The position numbers and the translations under genes were made by a program. This document shows, piece by piece, positions 45,593 to 54,626 of a stretch of DNA of 64,000 nt. The notes under the pieces are model-generated. The model was not told the DNA's origin and did not search any database. It saw nothing but the letters and a program-made list of their open reading frames with translations. The DNA is from a virus (taxonomy: Duplodnaviria; Caudoviricetes). How positions within the stretch are numbered: position 1 is the first letter of the stretch; the number at the start of each line of letters is the position of its first letter. Where the stretch lies: positions 25,062 to 89,061 of IMG/VR virus record IMGVR_UViG_651324073_000003. One strand, written 5' to 3'.

Positions 45593-47179
45593 TCAGGCGC
45601 TCGCCTCGCCCCACATCTGGGCGGCGAACATCACACTCACCAGGCGCTCTTCCAGCGCCCGGTCGGTCATCTGCGGGTACAGCTCGCCCAGCTTTGCCAG
45701 CGCCTCTTCGAAGCCGCCCGCGCCCTCCAGCGCCTCGAACACCGGGGCGAGCAGCTGCTGCATGTCGGCGTCGAGCACGCCGGCCGGGATGGCATCCAGG
45801 GCGGCATCGAGCGCGGTCTGGTCGGGGAAGGGGTCGCCCTCCGGCACCTCACCGCGCAGCGCGGCGGGCTTGCCGGTCTTGGCGTCAGGCTGGGTGCCGG
45901 GCGGCGGCTCCGGCTGCGCGGGTGCGACGGTGGCGAGCACCGGCTCATCGCCTTCCGGCTGCGGCACCTTGAGCCGGGCATGCGCCCAGCTCGTCGGGAT
46001 CTGCATGCCGATGGCCACCAGCTTGGGCAGCGCTTCCGACAGCAGCTCGATGTCTTCCGGCTGCTCGACGTCGAACACCAGGCGCGGGCAGCGGCGCAGG
46101 CCGTCGATGCCGCCGATGTTCAGCGCCAGCAGCGGGTAAATCAGGTCGCGCGTGAGGGTGGCGGCGATCTGGTCGGTGTCGCTCACCAGGATGTCGTCGC
46201 GCACGTCTTCGTGGATCTTGCCCAGGGCGTTCGTGCTGGTCTTGCCGTCTGCCTGGCTGGTGAGCGTGCCGCCCAGGATGGCCTTGGACTGCGCCTTGTC
46301 TGCCCACTCGACCATGCGCAGGTGCAGCGGCTGGCCGCTGCCGCCACCGGTGAGCTCCTTGATCTCGACTTCCATGTCCGCCGGCATGATGGCGCGGGCG
46401 TCGTGGCCGAGCGCGGTCACGGCGCGCAGCAGACTGCTCTTCTCTTCGCTCGATGAACCGGGGTAGTACTTGCCCAGGATGAAGGGCAGCCCGTAGATCT
46501 CCAGCATTTCGGCAAAGTCGCCGACGCCGTAGGCCTTGTACAGATAGGGCCACGCGAGCACGCGATGCAGGCCGAGCCGGCCGATGTAACCGGTCTTGGC
46601 GCGCTTGCGGGTGTGCATGATCCAGCCGAAGGGCTGCGGCACCGCCCCGTCTGCGCTGTTGTCGCGCAGACGCAGCTCACGGCGCGCCTGGTCGAGCTGG
46701 AACCACGTCTGCGGCCGGGCATGCCACTGCGGCAGCCATTCACGCCCCTCGACGCGCCACTCCAGTTCGATCGGCGCAAAGCCGTGGCCGATCGCGTCCA
46801 TCATCGCCAGCAGCAGATCCTGGAAGCCGCCCAGGTCGCGCAGCACCTCCTCGACCCACTCGGCGGCCTTCTTCTCGGCCGCGGTGGCGTTGCGCGGCGG
46901 CACGATGTCCCACTCGACGGTCTGGATCGCCATGCAGCGCTTGCCCATCTCCGCGGCCAGATGCGCGTCGCGCTCCATCATGTCTTCGAACAGCTCGTGC
47001 TGGCGCAGCAGGTTGCCTTCGTCCGCCTCGCGCAGGATGGCAGTGAGCCGCGCCGGCGACAGGCCGGCCGAAATGCCGTGCTGGATCCACTCATGCGCCA
47101 GCGTGCCGATGCCCGCCGTCTGCGGCTCGCGAAGGGCCTTGGTTTCGATTGGCTGCCCGTACTGGTCGAGGATCTTCAT
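45593..47179 (-). CDS. Portal protein (Mu gp29, DUF935)
   Basis: LFEDMMERDAHL, MMDAIGHGFAPIELEW, DFAEMLEIYGLP, SKAILGGTLT. Confidence 0.95.
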   Translation of the reverse strand: MKILDQYGQPIETKALREPQTAGIGTLAHEWIQHGISAGLSPARLTAILREADEGNLLRQHELFEDMMERDAHLAAEMGKRCMAIQTVEWDIVPPRNATAAEKKAAEWVEEVLRDLGGFQDLLLAMMDAIGHGFAPIELEWRVEGREWLPQWHARPQTWFQLDQARRELRLRDNSADGAVPQPFGWIMHTRKRAKTGYIGRLGLHRVLAWPYLYKAYGVGDFAEMLEIYGLPFILGKYYPGSSSEEKSSLLRAVTALGHDARAIMPADMEVEIKELTGGGSGQPLHLRMVEWADKAQSKAILGGTLTSQADGKTSTNALGKIHEDVRDDILVSDTDQIAATLTRDLIYPLLALNIGGIDGLRRCPRLVFDVEQPEDIELLSEALPKLVAIGMQIPTSWAHARLKVPQPEGDEPVLATVAPAQPEPPPGTQPDAKTGKPAALRGEVPEGDPFPDQTALDAALDAIPAGVLDADMQQLLAPVFEALEGAGGFEEALAKLGELYPQMTDRALEERLVSVMFAAQMWGEASA

Positions 47180-47883
47180 GCGCCCTCCAGTGCCGGAGCC
47201 GGGCCGTTCGCGCCGACACCGCGGTTGAGCTGCGCATCGGCGCCAGATCGGTGACCGCGGGCGAAATCGAGCCAGTCGGTTTCCGACATGCGCTTCTTGT
47301 CGTTCCTGCTGGTGGTCTTGATCTCCCGCAGCGACGGGTAGGTTTTCGCGAGGTAGGCGTCGAGCGTTTTCTGCTCGTCCTCAGGCAGCGCCAGCGCCTC
47401 GGCCTTCGAGACCGCGGAGGCGACCCAGCCATGGCAGAACAGATCTGCCCGTCGCGTCTTGGTCGTTGGCCGGCAGCGCCGCAGCACCGTCTTGATGTGC
47501 TCGGCGCGCGCCCGCTTCACCTGGCGCAGCAGTACCTCGAAGCAGTACTTGGCTACCTCGTAGCGGGCGCCCGTGCCGATGAACACCCACTGACCTCGGT
47601 GATCTGCCCATGCCGCGCCTACGGCGAAGAGCGACTGGCAGCCGAAAACAGCCGCCGTCGCGGCGGCAAGCCTCGCTTCCCATTCGGCCGGCCGCGATGC
47701 AGCGCCCGCCTTCGCGCGCATCTCGCCGGCGGCGGATGCAAGCACGTCGGTGTCGCTGATGCCGTGCTTCTCCATCAGTGCGCGCGCCTGGCGCAGGGCT
47801 GCAGCCGCCTCGTGCTCGTTGCTGGACGCCGACAGCGCCATGCACTTGCGGATCTTGTCGAGGATCTTGTCCTTGTCGGTCAC
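47176..47883 (-). CDS. DUF2786-domain protein
   Basis: KILDKIRKCMALSASSNEHEAAAALRQARALMEKHGI. Confidence 0.85.
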   Translation of the reverse strand: MTDKDKILDKIRKCMALSASSNEHEAAAALRQARALMEKHGISDTDVLASAAGEMRAKAGAASRPAEWEARLAAATAAVFGCQSLFAVGAAWADHRGQWVFIGTGARYEVAKYCFEVLLRQVKRARAEHIKTVLRRCRPTTKTRRADLFCHGWVASAVSKAEALALPEDEQKTLDAYLAKTYPSLREIKTTSRNDKKRMSETDWLDFARGHRSGADAQLNRGVGANGPAPALEGA

Positions 47884-47885
47884 GG

Positions 47886-49679
47886 TTACATCCTCCGGGA
47901 TTCGGGTTGCGGGTGGTCGTCATCGCCGCCACGCCCGCCGCGGCTGGCGGTCGGTGCGCCCTTGCGTGCGACGGTCTGCAGCTGGTGGCCACCGCCGCGG
48001 GCGACTGAGATCACCCACAGCAGCCAGAGCGCGCACAAGCCGTCGTAGTGGTGGCCGGACTGTTTCTCGGGCCAGCTGTCCAGCTCGGCCAGCAGCTGGG
48101 TGAGCGCGGGGTTGAACACGATGCGCGGTTCGAGCGCGTCGGTGACGAAGGGCTCCAGCGAGTCGATGCGCACCTCGGGGGCGACGGTGGCCGGCAAGCC
48201 GACCAGCGGCAGCGGCACGCCGGCCTGGATGCCGGCACGCGCGAAAGTGATGCGGCTGTGCTCGAAGGCGCCGTTGTTCTCGAAGGCGATCGCCTGGGCG
48301 CCATACTCGCGCTGGAACTTGATCAGGTCGGATTCGAGCTTGGACGGAACGCGCCGCTTGATTTCGGCGAACTCCACGTGCAGCCGCGCGCGCTGCTTGT
48401 CATAGGCGCCGCCCAGGATGGCGGACGGGTCAGACGTTTCGCCGCGCCCCATTGACGGGTCGCAGCCGCCAAACAGCAGCCACTGCGCCAGGCGGCCCAC
48501 GTGAAAGCGGACCGGCGAAAACACCTTGTCTTCGTCGCTGCGCGGCTCGCCCTGCATTTCAGTACCGAAGGCCTTGGGCGCCTTGGCACGCTGGCGCATG
48601 AGCCAGAACAGGCCACGCACCGCCGGCCACGATACGACCGCGCCTTCGTCCATGGCGGACTTGTTCGCCTGGTAGAACTGGAAGGACGGCAGCTCCGCCT
48701 CGGGCAGCACGCGGCCATCGGTGCCGGCCGCTTCCTGGGCGCGCAGATCGTCGGTGAGCATGAGCGCCTGGCACTGTTCCCACAGATCCATGCGCGCTGG
48801 CAGATTCACGATCGCGCGGAAGTGATGGACCATGTGCCCGATGGTCCGCTTGGCGCGGCTGATCGGGTCATCCTTGTCCAGCACCGTGCCCACGCCCATG
48901 TACTTCACGCTGCCGTCCGGCGGGCCAAGGTAGTCGATGGCCTTGGTCAGCCAGGTCCAGCGGTTCTCGCGCTCGGTCGGGCTCTTCGCTTCGCTGTCGG
49001 TGATGAGGTCATCGCCCAGCAGCAGCTTGGGCCGGCTGGCGCCGTGGAAGGTGCCGCGGATGGCCTGCTCGGCGCCGAAAGGCTCGACCTTCACGCCCGT
49101 GCGGGTGACGAACTCGCCCACCTTCCACACCGGCCCCTTGCCGCAGGCCTCGGGGAAGTCGAGCGCCAGCGCGGCATTGAAGGTGAGCTCGGTCTTCACC
49201 ACTTCGAGCAGCTTGGTCGGCAACTTCGTTTCAGCGCCGAGCAGGATGATGTAGTCGATGAAGGACGGCAGCGCCTGCCCCTCCGGCCAGCCGGTCTCGG
49301 CGCGGATCTCGGGCCGCTGCAGCAGGCCCTGCACCGCGCACCAGGTGGGGCCGACCTTGGTCAGCAGCGACGATTTCGCCTCGCCGCGCGGCGCGATCCA
49401 CCACTCGGTGGCGCCGCCGGCCAGCTTCAGGATCTGCGGGAAGCGCGTGCAGAAGTGTTCCTGAAAGATCGATGGCTCGCCGCGCACGTGGTGCGGAAAG
49501 TAGGTGTATGCGAAGAACCTGAAGTCGCCATCGACCAGCACCCGGCGCCGGCGCTCACGGCGCGCGGCGGGCGACGGGTCGAGGCCGGACTGGTGGGCCG
49601 CGATATCGGCCTTGAGCCGGGCCGACAGTTCGGCCAGCTCTTCCAGGAAATCCTTCTCGGACGTCTGCTGCGCGGCCAT
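47886..49679 (-). CDS. Terminase large subunit (Mu gp28)
   Basis: APRGEAKS, RPKLLLGDDL, GGCDPSMG, IAFENN, HYDGLCAL. Confidence 0.92.
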   Translation of the reverse strand: MAAQQTSEKDFLEELAELSARLKADIAAHQSGLDPSPAARRERRRRVLVDGDFRFFAYTYFPHHVRGEPSIFQEHFCTRFPQILKLAGGATEWWIAPRGEAKSSLLTKVGPTWCAVQGLLQRPEIRAETGWPEGQALPSFIDYIILLGAETKLPTKLLEVVKTELTFNAALALDFPEACGKGPVWKVGEFVTRTGVKVEPFGAEQAIRGTFHGASRPKLLLGDDLITDSEAKSPTERENRWTWLTKAIDYLGPPDGSVKYMGVGTVLDKDDPISRAKRTIGHMVHHFRAIVNLPARMDLWEQCQALMLTDDLRAQEAAGTDGRVLPEAELPSFQFYQANKSAMDEGAVVSWPAVRGLFWLMRQRAKAPKAFGTEMQGEPRSDEDKVFSPVRFHVGRLAQWLLFGGCDPSMGRGETSDPSAILGGAYDKQRARLHVEFAEIKRRVPSKLESDLIKFQREYGAQAIAFENNGAFEHSRITFARAGIQAGVPLPLVGLPATVAPEVRIDSLEPFVTDALEPRIVFNPALTQLLAELDSWPEKQSGHHYDGLCALWLLWVISVARGGGHQLQTVARKGAPTASRGGRGGDDDHPQPESRRM

Positions 49680-49682
49680 CGC

Positions 49683-50186
49683 TTACCCCTGCGCCTTCGC
49701 CAGCTCCTGGCCGAAGGGCTCCAGCACTTCAGCGAAGGCCGCGAGGTGCTGCGGGTAGCGCTCCTGGATGAAGGCACTGAACTGCTTCACCGTGGCCATC
49801 GCCACGGCCAGCTTGTCGGTCTCCGGCATCATCCGCTTCGACGACGCAATGAGCTTGTTGTAGGCGTCGGCCAGGCTAGCCAGCATCTGCACCTTCTCGG
49901 CCGGCGCGATGTCGGTGTTGATCTGGATGGTTTCGACGGTTGCCTGCACCTGCTGCACCACGACGGCCAGCGTCTGGCGCACCACCTCTTCGATGCCGCC
50001 GCCGGCGAGCAGCTGCGCGCTGCGGGCGCGGTCCCAGTCGTCGCCGGCCGCCTTGGCCTCACGCTTCCAGCGGCGCGCGGTGGCCTCGGGCACGCCTTCC
50101 TTTACGGCGGCGATCTCCAGCCCGAGCTGGTCGAATACGTAGGCCGCCCGGACCTTGCGGCGGACGTCGTCACCGTGGGCCATCAT
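49683..50186 (-). CDS. Terminase small subunit (DUF1804, Mu gp27)
   Basis: MAHGDDVRRKVRAAYVF, ARRWKREAKAAGDDWDRAR. Confidence 0.9.
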   Translation of the reverse strand: MMAHGDDVRRKVRAAYVFDQLGLEIAAVKEGVPEATARRWKREAKAAGDDWDRARSAQLLAGGGIEEVVRQTLAVVVQQVQATVETIQINTDIAPAEKVQMLASLADAYNKLIASSKRMMPETDKLAVAMATVKQFSAFIQERYPQHLAAFAEVLEPFGQELAKAQG

Positions 50187-50316
50187 CGCCCTCGGGGTAC
50201 TCGTGACGCACGATCACCGTGCGATTCCCGCCGCGCGAGCGGATCGCGTCAGCGATGCTGCGCAATCCGTAGTAGATCGCGAAGGCGATGATCACGACGC
50301 CGATGGGGTCATTCAT
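50170..50316 (-). CDS. Small membrane peptide (48 aa)
   Basis: MNDPIGVVIIAFAIYYGLRSIADAIRS...; ATGA overlap with upstream gene. Confidence 0.5.
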   Translation of the reverse strand: MNDPIGVVIIAFAIYYGLRSIADAIRSRGGNRTVIVRHEYPEGDDGPR

Positions 50317-50606
50317 CGCAGCTCACCCGGTTCCGGCCGCTTCACGCCGGGCTGCGCCACGCGGCCCATCACCACGTCGTTACCGCGGTCGGTCAGCGTC
50401 ACCACGTCGTCAGCCTGCTCGACCAGCCCCTGCTCGGCGAGCCAGGCAAGGTCGGTGCGCACCAGATCGAGGCTCACGACGTAGCCCAGCGACTCCACGG
50501 CCTGGCGTACGGCACGCAGGGGCAGCCGGTAGCCCGGCGCCACCAGCAGCGCGGCCAGCATGGCGCGGCGGCGGTCCTGCTCGACGATGCGGGCGGCGGC
50601 GCTCAT
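50313..50606 (-). CDS. Mu gp26-like winged-HTH protein
   Basis: EQDRRRAMLAAL, VRTDLAWLAEQGLV, LTDRGNDV. Confidence 0.85.
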   Translation of the reverse strand: MSAAARIVEQDRRRAMLAALLVAPGYRLPLRAVRQAVESLGYVVSLDLVRTDLAWLAEQGLVEQADDVVTLTDRGNDVVMGRVAQPGVKRPEPGELR

Positions 50607-50944
50607 GCGTCACCTCGCGTCATCTTGTTGAGCACCAGGCGCAGCAGGTCGGTCTGGCTTTTCATCTCGCCTTCCATGCGTGAGCTGCACTGCGCCACCG
50701 TGTTGATCTTCTCGTGGATCTGCGCGAGGTCGGCGTGGGTGGGTGCCGCCTTCACCTGGCCTTCCAGCGTGGCCAGGCGCGAGTCATGCGCGTCGAGTCG
50801 CACGTCTATGCCCTTTTCAAGGTCGCCGATGCGCTCGTTGGTGACCCGGTGGCGATTGCTCGACCACACATACAAGCCAACGCAGAGCGTGACCGCGAAA
50901 TTCAAGAACTGCAGCCAGAACTTGGCCACCTCGTAATCCATCAT
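50603..50944 (-). CDS. DUF2730 / Mu gp25-like membrane coiled-coil protein
   Basis: N-terminal TM, RLATLE...PTHADL. Confidence 0.8.
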   Translation of the reverse strand: MMDYEVAKFWLQFLNFAVTLCVGLYVWSSNRHRVTNERIGDLEKGIDVRLDAHDSRLATLEGQVKAAPTHADLAQIHEKINTVAQCSSRMEGEMKSQTDLLRLVLNKMTRGDA

Positions 50945-51228
50945 TCGTGCCTTTCGGTACCGGTAGGGGGTGTCAGGCCGGTGGGCAGCGCGCGCTCGAC
51001 GCCATGACGCTCGATCAACGCGGTGTGGAAACCCTTGCCAGCCAGCTCAGCGCAGATCTGCCGGAATGCTTCGCGGGGCAACTCCCCATGGGCTGCGAAC
51101 ACGCGCGCCACACCTTCGGCCACCTTGAACACACTGAACACCAGGTCGTAAGGCTCGCGGGCTTCAAAGCCCCCGGCCCCGGCGTAGCCGCGGCCGACGT
51201 ACATGACGCATTCGAGGTTGATGTGCAT
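50941..51228 (-). CDS. Hypothetical protein
   Basis: ATG 51228; ATGA overlap downstream. Confidence 0.55.
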   Translation of the reverse strand: MHINLECVMYVGRGYAGAGGFEAREPYDLVFSVFKVAEGVARVFAAHGELPREAFRQICAELAGKGFHTALIERHGVERALPTGLTPPTGTERHE

Positions 51229-51260
51229 GGCGCTCCGCGGTCGGCTTCGTTGTTCGGGTT

Positions 51261-51399
51261 GCCAGCCCCCGCCGCGCTGAAAACCGGCCCTGTACAAGCC
51301 GGGGAGGACGCGCACGTCTCACCACGTGACTGGCTGCCGGCGTAACGACGCCACTGGGCCGGCGATGGCGGCGGCGGAGCCGCTGAAGAAGTCGTTACG
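51261..51399 (-). ncRNA. Candidate structured intergenic RNA after the lysis cassette
   Basis: Perfect 9-bp stem 51341-49/51391-99 plus further hairpins (manual pairing). Confidence 0.35.
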
Positions 51400-51402
51400 G
51401 AA

Positions 51403-51990
51403 TCACCATTGCACCCACCCTCCGACGCCGACGAACACCTCGCTCTGGACGCCCGGGCGTTCGCCGTTCAGGGGCCAGTCGGCGCTGGCGATCGCGCCCA
51501 GCCGCACCGCTTTCACCTGGGCGAACTGGGCGCGCGCCTGCACTCGGACGGTCGGCTCTGCTCGCTTGAGGCCGACGTAGATGCCTGCGTCGCTGCGTAC
51601 CGTGGTGTCGAGCCACGGCAGCGGCTCTGCCACGACGTATTGCGTGGTCTCTCCGCTGCCGGTATCGAGCACTGCCGTGACCACCTGGGTGCGCTCGCTG
51701 GGGGCGATGCGCGCGGATTCCAGCACCACCGCGGCGGCGCTTTCCTGCACAGCGGCGGGAAGCTTCGCGGCGGATTTGGCACTGGCGGGCCGGGTGCGCA
51801 CCGGGCGCGGCGGCACGATCCACTCGACGCCCGTCGCCTCCGGTGCGGTCGGCGCGGCAACGGCAACATCGTGGCCGGCGCGAAGCGGCGTGTGAGCGCC
51901 GCCTGCGCCGCGCCACTCGCTGGTGGCCAGCAGCGCCACCATGGCGCCGACCAGTAGCACGAAGGCCAGCAGCTGGAGACGGGTGCTCAC
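51403..51990 (-). CDS. Membrane-anchored lysis-cassette protein in spanin position
   Basis: N-terminal TM after holin; C-terminal four beta-strand-like segments ending VGVGGWVQW. Confidence 0.7.
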   Translation of the reverse strand: MSTRLQLLAFVLLVGAMVALLATSEWRGAGGAHTPLRAGHDVAVAAPTAPEATGVEWIVPPRPVRTRPASAKSAAKLPAAVQESAAAVVLESARIAPSERTQVVTAVLDTGSGETTQYVVAEPLPWLDTTVRSDAGIYVGLKRAEPTVRVQARAQFAQVKAVRLGAIASADWPLNGERPGVQSEVFVGVGGWVQW

Positions 51991-52211
51991 AGGCCGCTCC
52001 GCCCGACGCTGGTCTGCTGGATGACGCGCCCGGCGATGATCGCCAGCGCCAGCCAGCGCACCCAGCCTTCGGGCAGGTAATGCTGCACCGCTGGCAGGTA
52101 GTCATACGCCGTGTCGAGCACGGCCAGCAGCGCAGCGAGCTGCACCGACAGCAGCCGCCAGCAGCGCCGCCAGTCTTCGATCGGTTGCAGGCGGACCGGG
52201 CCGATTTTCAT
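51987..52211 (-). CDS. Holin
   Basis: 74 aa, two TM; IEDWRRCWRLLSVQLAALL...GRVIQQ; TGATG coupled to endolysin. Confidence 0.8.
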   Translation of the reverse strand: MKIGPVRLQPIEDWRRCWRLLSVQLAALLAVLDTAYDYLPAVQHYLPEGWVRWLALAIIAGRVIQQTSVGRSGL

Positions 52212-52840
52212 CAGCGCACCTCCGGGGAGATATGGCCTTCGAGCGGCGCCATGCCGCCGCGCAGCCAGTCGGCCACGCTGAAGCCGGGGCAGCGCTTGAT
52301 GAACTCGTTGGGGGTGATCAGGCCGTCGCCGTTCTTGTCCGGGCTCAGATCGCGATGACCACACACGCCCTCGCGCCATGCCGGCGTAGCGAAGCGACGC
52401 TCCACGCGGTGCGCGGTGCACCAGCGCGGCAGACAGTCGGCCAGCGTGGCCCACTGCGCCGGCGTGTAGCTGTCGGTACCGATGAGGCACACGCCCAGGC
52501 TGTTGCGGTTGTAGCCCGCCACATGCGCGCCCACCTCTTCCGGGTGACGGCCGGTGAAGAGGCCGCCGTTGCGCGCGATCACATAGTGGTAGCCGATTGA
52601 ACGCAGACTGGGGTTGAAGCGCTGCGCGGCGGCGGCTCCGCGCAGGAAGCCGCGGTCGAAGTGCCACTTGTCGATCTCATCGACCGGGGTGCGCAGTTCG
52701 CGCCCGCTGCCGCTGAACAGCGTGCGCTCGTTAGGTGTGGCGCTGCAGTGGATGACGATGAGCGTGATCGGCCGGTTGATGCCGGTTTCGACGGGCTCAG
52801 CGTTGCGGGCGGGGGAAGAGGCTGCGGTGCGCGTGTCCAT
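52211..52840 (-). CDS. Endolysin, N-acetylmuramoyl-L-alanine amidase
   Basis: IVIHCSAT, IGYHYVI, GAHVAGYN, CGHRDLSPD, KRCPGF. Confidence 0.95.
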   Translation of the reverse strand: MDTRTAASSPARNAEPVETGINRPITLIVIHCSATPNERTLFSGSGRELRTPVDEIDKWHFDRGFLRGAAAAQRFNPSLRSIGYHYVIARNGGLFTGRHPEEVGAHVAGYNRNSLGVCLIGTDSYTPAQWATLADCLPRWCTAHRVERRFATPAWREGVCGHRDLSPDKNGDGLITPNEFIKRCPGFSVADWLRGGMAPLEGHISPEVR

Positions 52841-52846
52841 GCGCGC

Positions 52847-52890
52847 AGAATGCGCGGGGAATGAACACTGCTATGGGGTGAAGGGATTCA
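52847..52890 (-). promoter_or_regulatory. Activator-dependent late promoter (Plys equivalent)
   Basis: TGAAGGGATTCA at 52879-52890, 26 bp from -10 CATTCT. Confidence 0.65.
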
Positions 52891-52899
52891 GGCGGTCAG

Positions 52900-53439
52900 C
52901 TACTTGCCGCAGAGATCGACAGCTGCTTTGTAGCGGTCGCGATCATACCAACGAGCGCCTCGAACGACAGCAATCGCGCCGTCGGCAAGATGCCCCATCG
53001 CGAGCCGACACGCGCGATGCGGCGCCGCGTTCTGATTCGAGTCCTGATTTCCCCAGCCCTCGAAGAGCGGGCGAAGATGATCCATGGCGGCAAGGGCGGC
53101 CGCCGGATCTCCGATACGGTCGGCGGCGGAAAGCTCCTGTTCGACCCGCAGCAGTGTCGCGTGGGTGATGCGAGCGGCCATGGCTGATTGCTCTGGTGAC
53201 CACTGCGCGCCGCTGTCGAGGCCTGCTGCCTTCAGATCCTTCGGGATGGAGCGGGAGGCACCGAGAGGGTCCGTTGCGGCCTTCGCGAGATAGCCAAACG
53301 CAAACGACAGTACGCCGGTAAGGGCTGCTGCCCCAACAAACGCGCCGCCGAACCGGCCGATGAACGACAAGCCACGCCCGGCGAGCACAAGCGTTACGAA
53401 TGCGGCGCCGAATATGATGAGGGCGATCTGTCCATTCAT
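52900..53439 (-). CDS. Membrane protein moron
   Basis: Two N-terminal TM segments, soluble C-terminus with two Cys; between mor and Plys. Confidence 0.7.
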   Translation of the reverse strand: MNGQIALIIFGAAFVTLVLAGRGLSFIGRFGGAFVGAAALTGVLSFAFGYLAKAATDPLGASRSIPKDLKAAGLDSGAQWSPEQSAMAARITHATLLRVEQELSAADRIGDPAAALAAMDHLRPLFEGWGNQDSNQNAAPHRACRLAMGHLADGAIAVVRGARWYDRDRYKAAVDLCGK

Positions 53440-53466
53440 GATGTGCTCCCTGTAGGCGCGAAATTA

Positions 53467-53892
53467 TCAGCTGGCTCCGCCAAACATGTCCAACTGATTG
53501 TCATCCACCCGCCGACCCGGCACTGCCCCCGAGATCGAGCGCTTTAGCACGACCCACACCCAGCGCTCGCTGATCATGTACTTGCGGGCGATGTCCGGCA
53601 CGCGGGTGCCCGCATCGTAGTCGGCCTGGATGGCGCGGTCGCGCTCGTCGCGGATGGCCTGAACGCAGCGCGGTATGTACAGCGGCTCGCCGCCATAGGT
53701 AGCCATGAACCGGGCCGCAAGGCCTCCGCCGATCGCCTGGATGATCTGCGCGGTCAGCGGGCCTTCCACTTTGCCTATGGTCTTCCCGCTGGGCACTTCG
53801 ATTTCGAGGCCGCCGAAGGCGTCCACAAGGCGCATGGTGGCCTCGTGGCCGAGCAGCTCGACGAGATCAATGACTGTCTGCGGCAAACTCAT
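53467..53892 (-). CDS. mor: Mor/C family transcription activator
   Basis: LVELLG..AT..LV..FGG, GGEPLYIP, RDRAI..DY, IARKY.ISERWV. Confidence 0.9.
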   Translation of the reverse strand: MSLPQTVIDLVELLGHEATMRLVDAFGGLEIEVPSGKTIGKVEGPLTAQIIQAIGGGLAARFMATYGGEPLYIPRCVQAIRDERDRAIQADYDAGTRVPDIARKYMISERWVWVVLKRSISGAVPGRRVDDNQLDMFGGAS

Positions 53893-53893
53893 T

Positions 53894-54577
53894 TCAGGCA
53901 GCCTCCGCCGCCCGCGCGGCCGCCTGGCGCGCGGCCCATTCGCCCGACAGCGTTTCCGCCATCGCCTCCAGGTAGCGCAGGTCACGCTGCCACTTCGGTG
54001 TCAGCGGCCGGGACACCGGCGCGAGCCAGCGCGCGAGGGCGTTCAGGTCGCTGTCGGTGCGGCCAAGTGCGCGGGCCAGCGACGTAACGGCTTCGAGCAT
54101 GTGGCGTTTCTTCTGCTCAACGACGAGCGCGGCGACGAGGTCGTGCAGTTGCCGGGCGGTGGCCCACTCCAGCCGCATGTTCCTGTGCATCTGCCGGAGC
54201 GTGGCGGTGGCGTAGGCCCAGGGCAGTTTCATGTCGGCGAGCAGCGCCTCGACCTTCTCCAGCAACGCCCCGCAGCCGCGGCGGCAGGTTTCCGGGTAGC
54301 CGGGGTGGCGACCGACGTACTTCTCCGGCGCCGGGCGGGTGGCGCCGACCTTGCGGGCGGCGTCGAGCACGCGCTGGCAGCCGTGCAGATCGAGGTCGTT
54401 GGTGGACCGCACGCCGGCGTGCGCGTGCATGAAGTCGCGGCGGGCGTCGTCGTCCATGCCGAGCTGTCGGCAGGCGGCATGCACGGCCTTGCGACGTGCG
54501 GCGAGTTGCGGCGTCACTCTGGAAACAGGGGCTTTCACGGTGTCCTCCAGTCGGTCGGCGTGAGATGCGTGGATCAA
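53894..54577 (-). CDS. gemA: GemA/gp16 (DUF1018) family protein
   Basis: AVHAACRQLGMDDDARRDF, STNDLD, KVEALLADMKLPWAYA. Confidence 0.85.
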   Translation of the reverse strand: MIHASHADRLEDTVKAPVSRVTPQLAARRKAVHAACRQLGMDDDARRDFMHAHAGVRSTNDLDLHGCQRVLDAARKVGATRPAPEKYVGRHPGYPETCRRGCGALLEKVEALLADMKLPWAYATATLRQMHRNMRLEWATARQLHDLVAALVVEQKKRHMLEAVTSLARALGRTDSDLNALARWLAPVSRPLTPKWQRDLRYLEAMAETLSGEWAARQAAARAAEAA

Positions 54578-54626
54578 GGAGCAAGCGCCGATGCGTGGGC
54601 GGCGGCGCTTGGTTCTTGGCCCGCGC

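Noticed and set aside
51395-52105. Embedded o-spanin (Rz1) in an alternate frame
   Set aside because: The overlapping ORF has no hydrophobic signal or lipobox near a plausible start.
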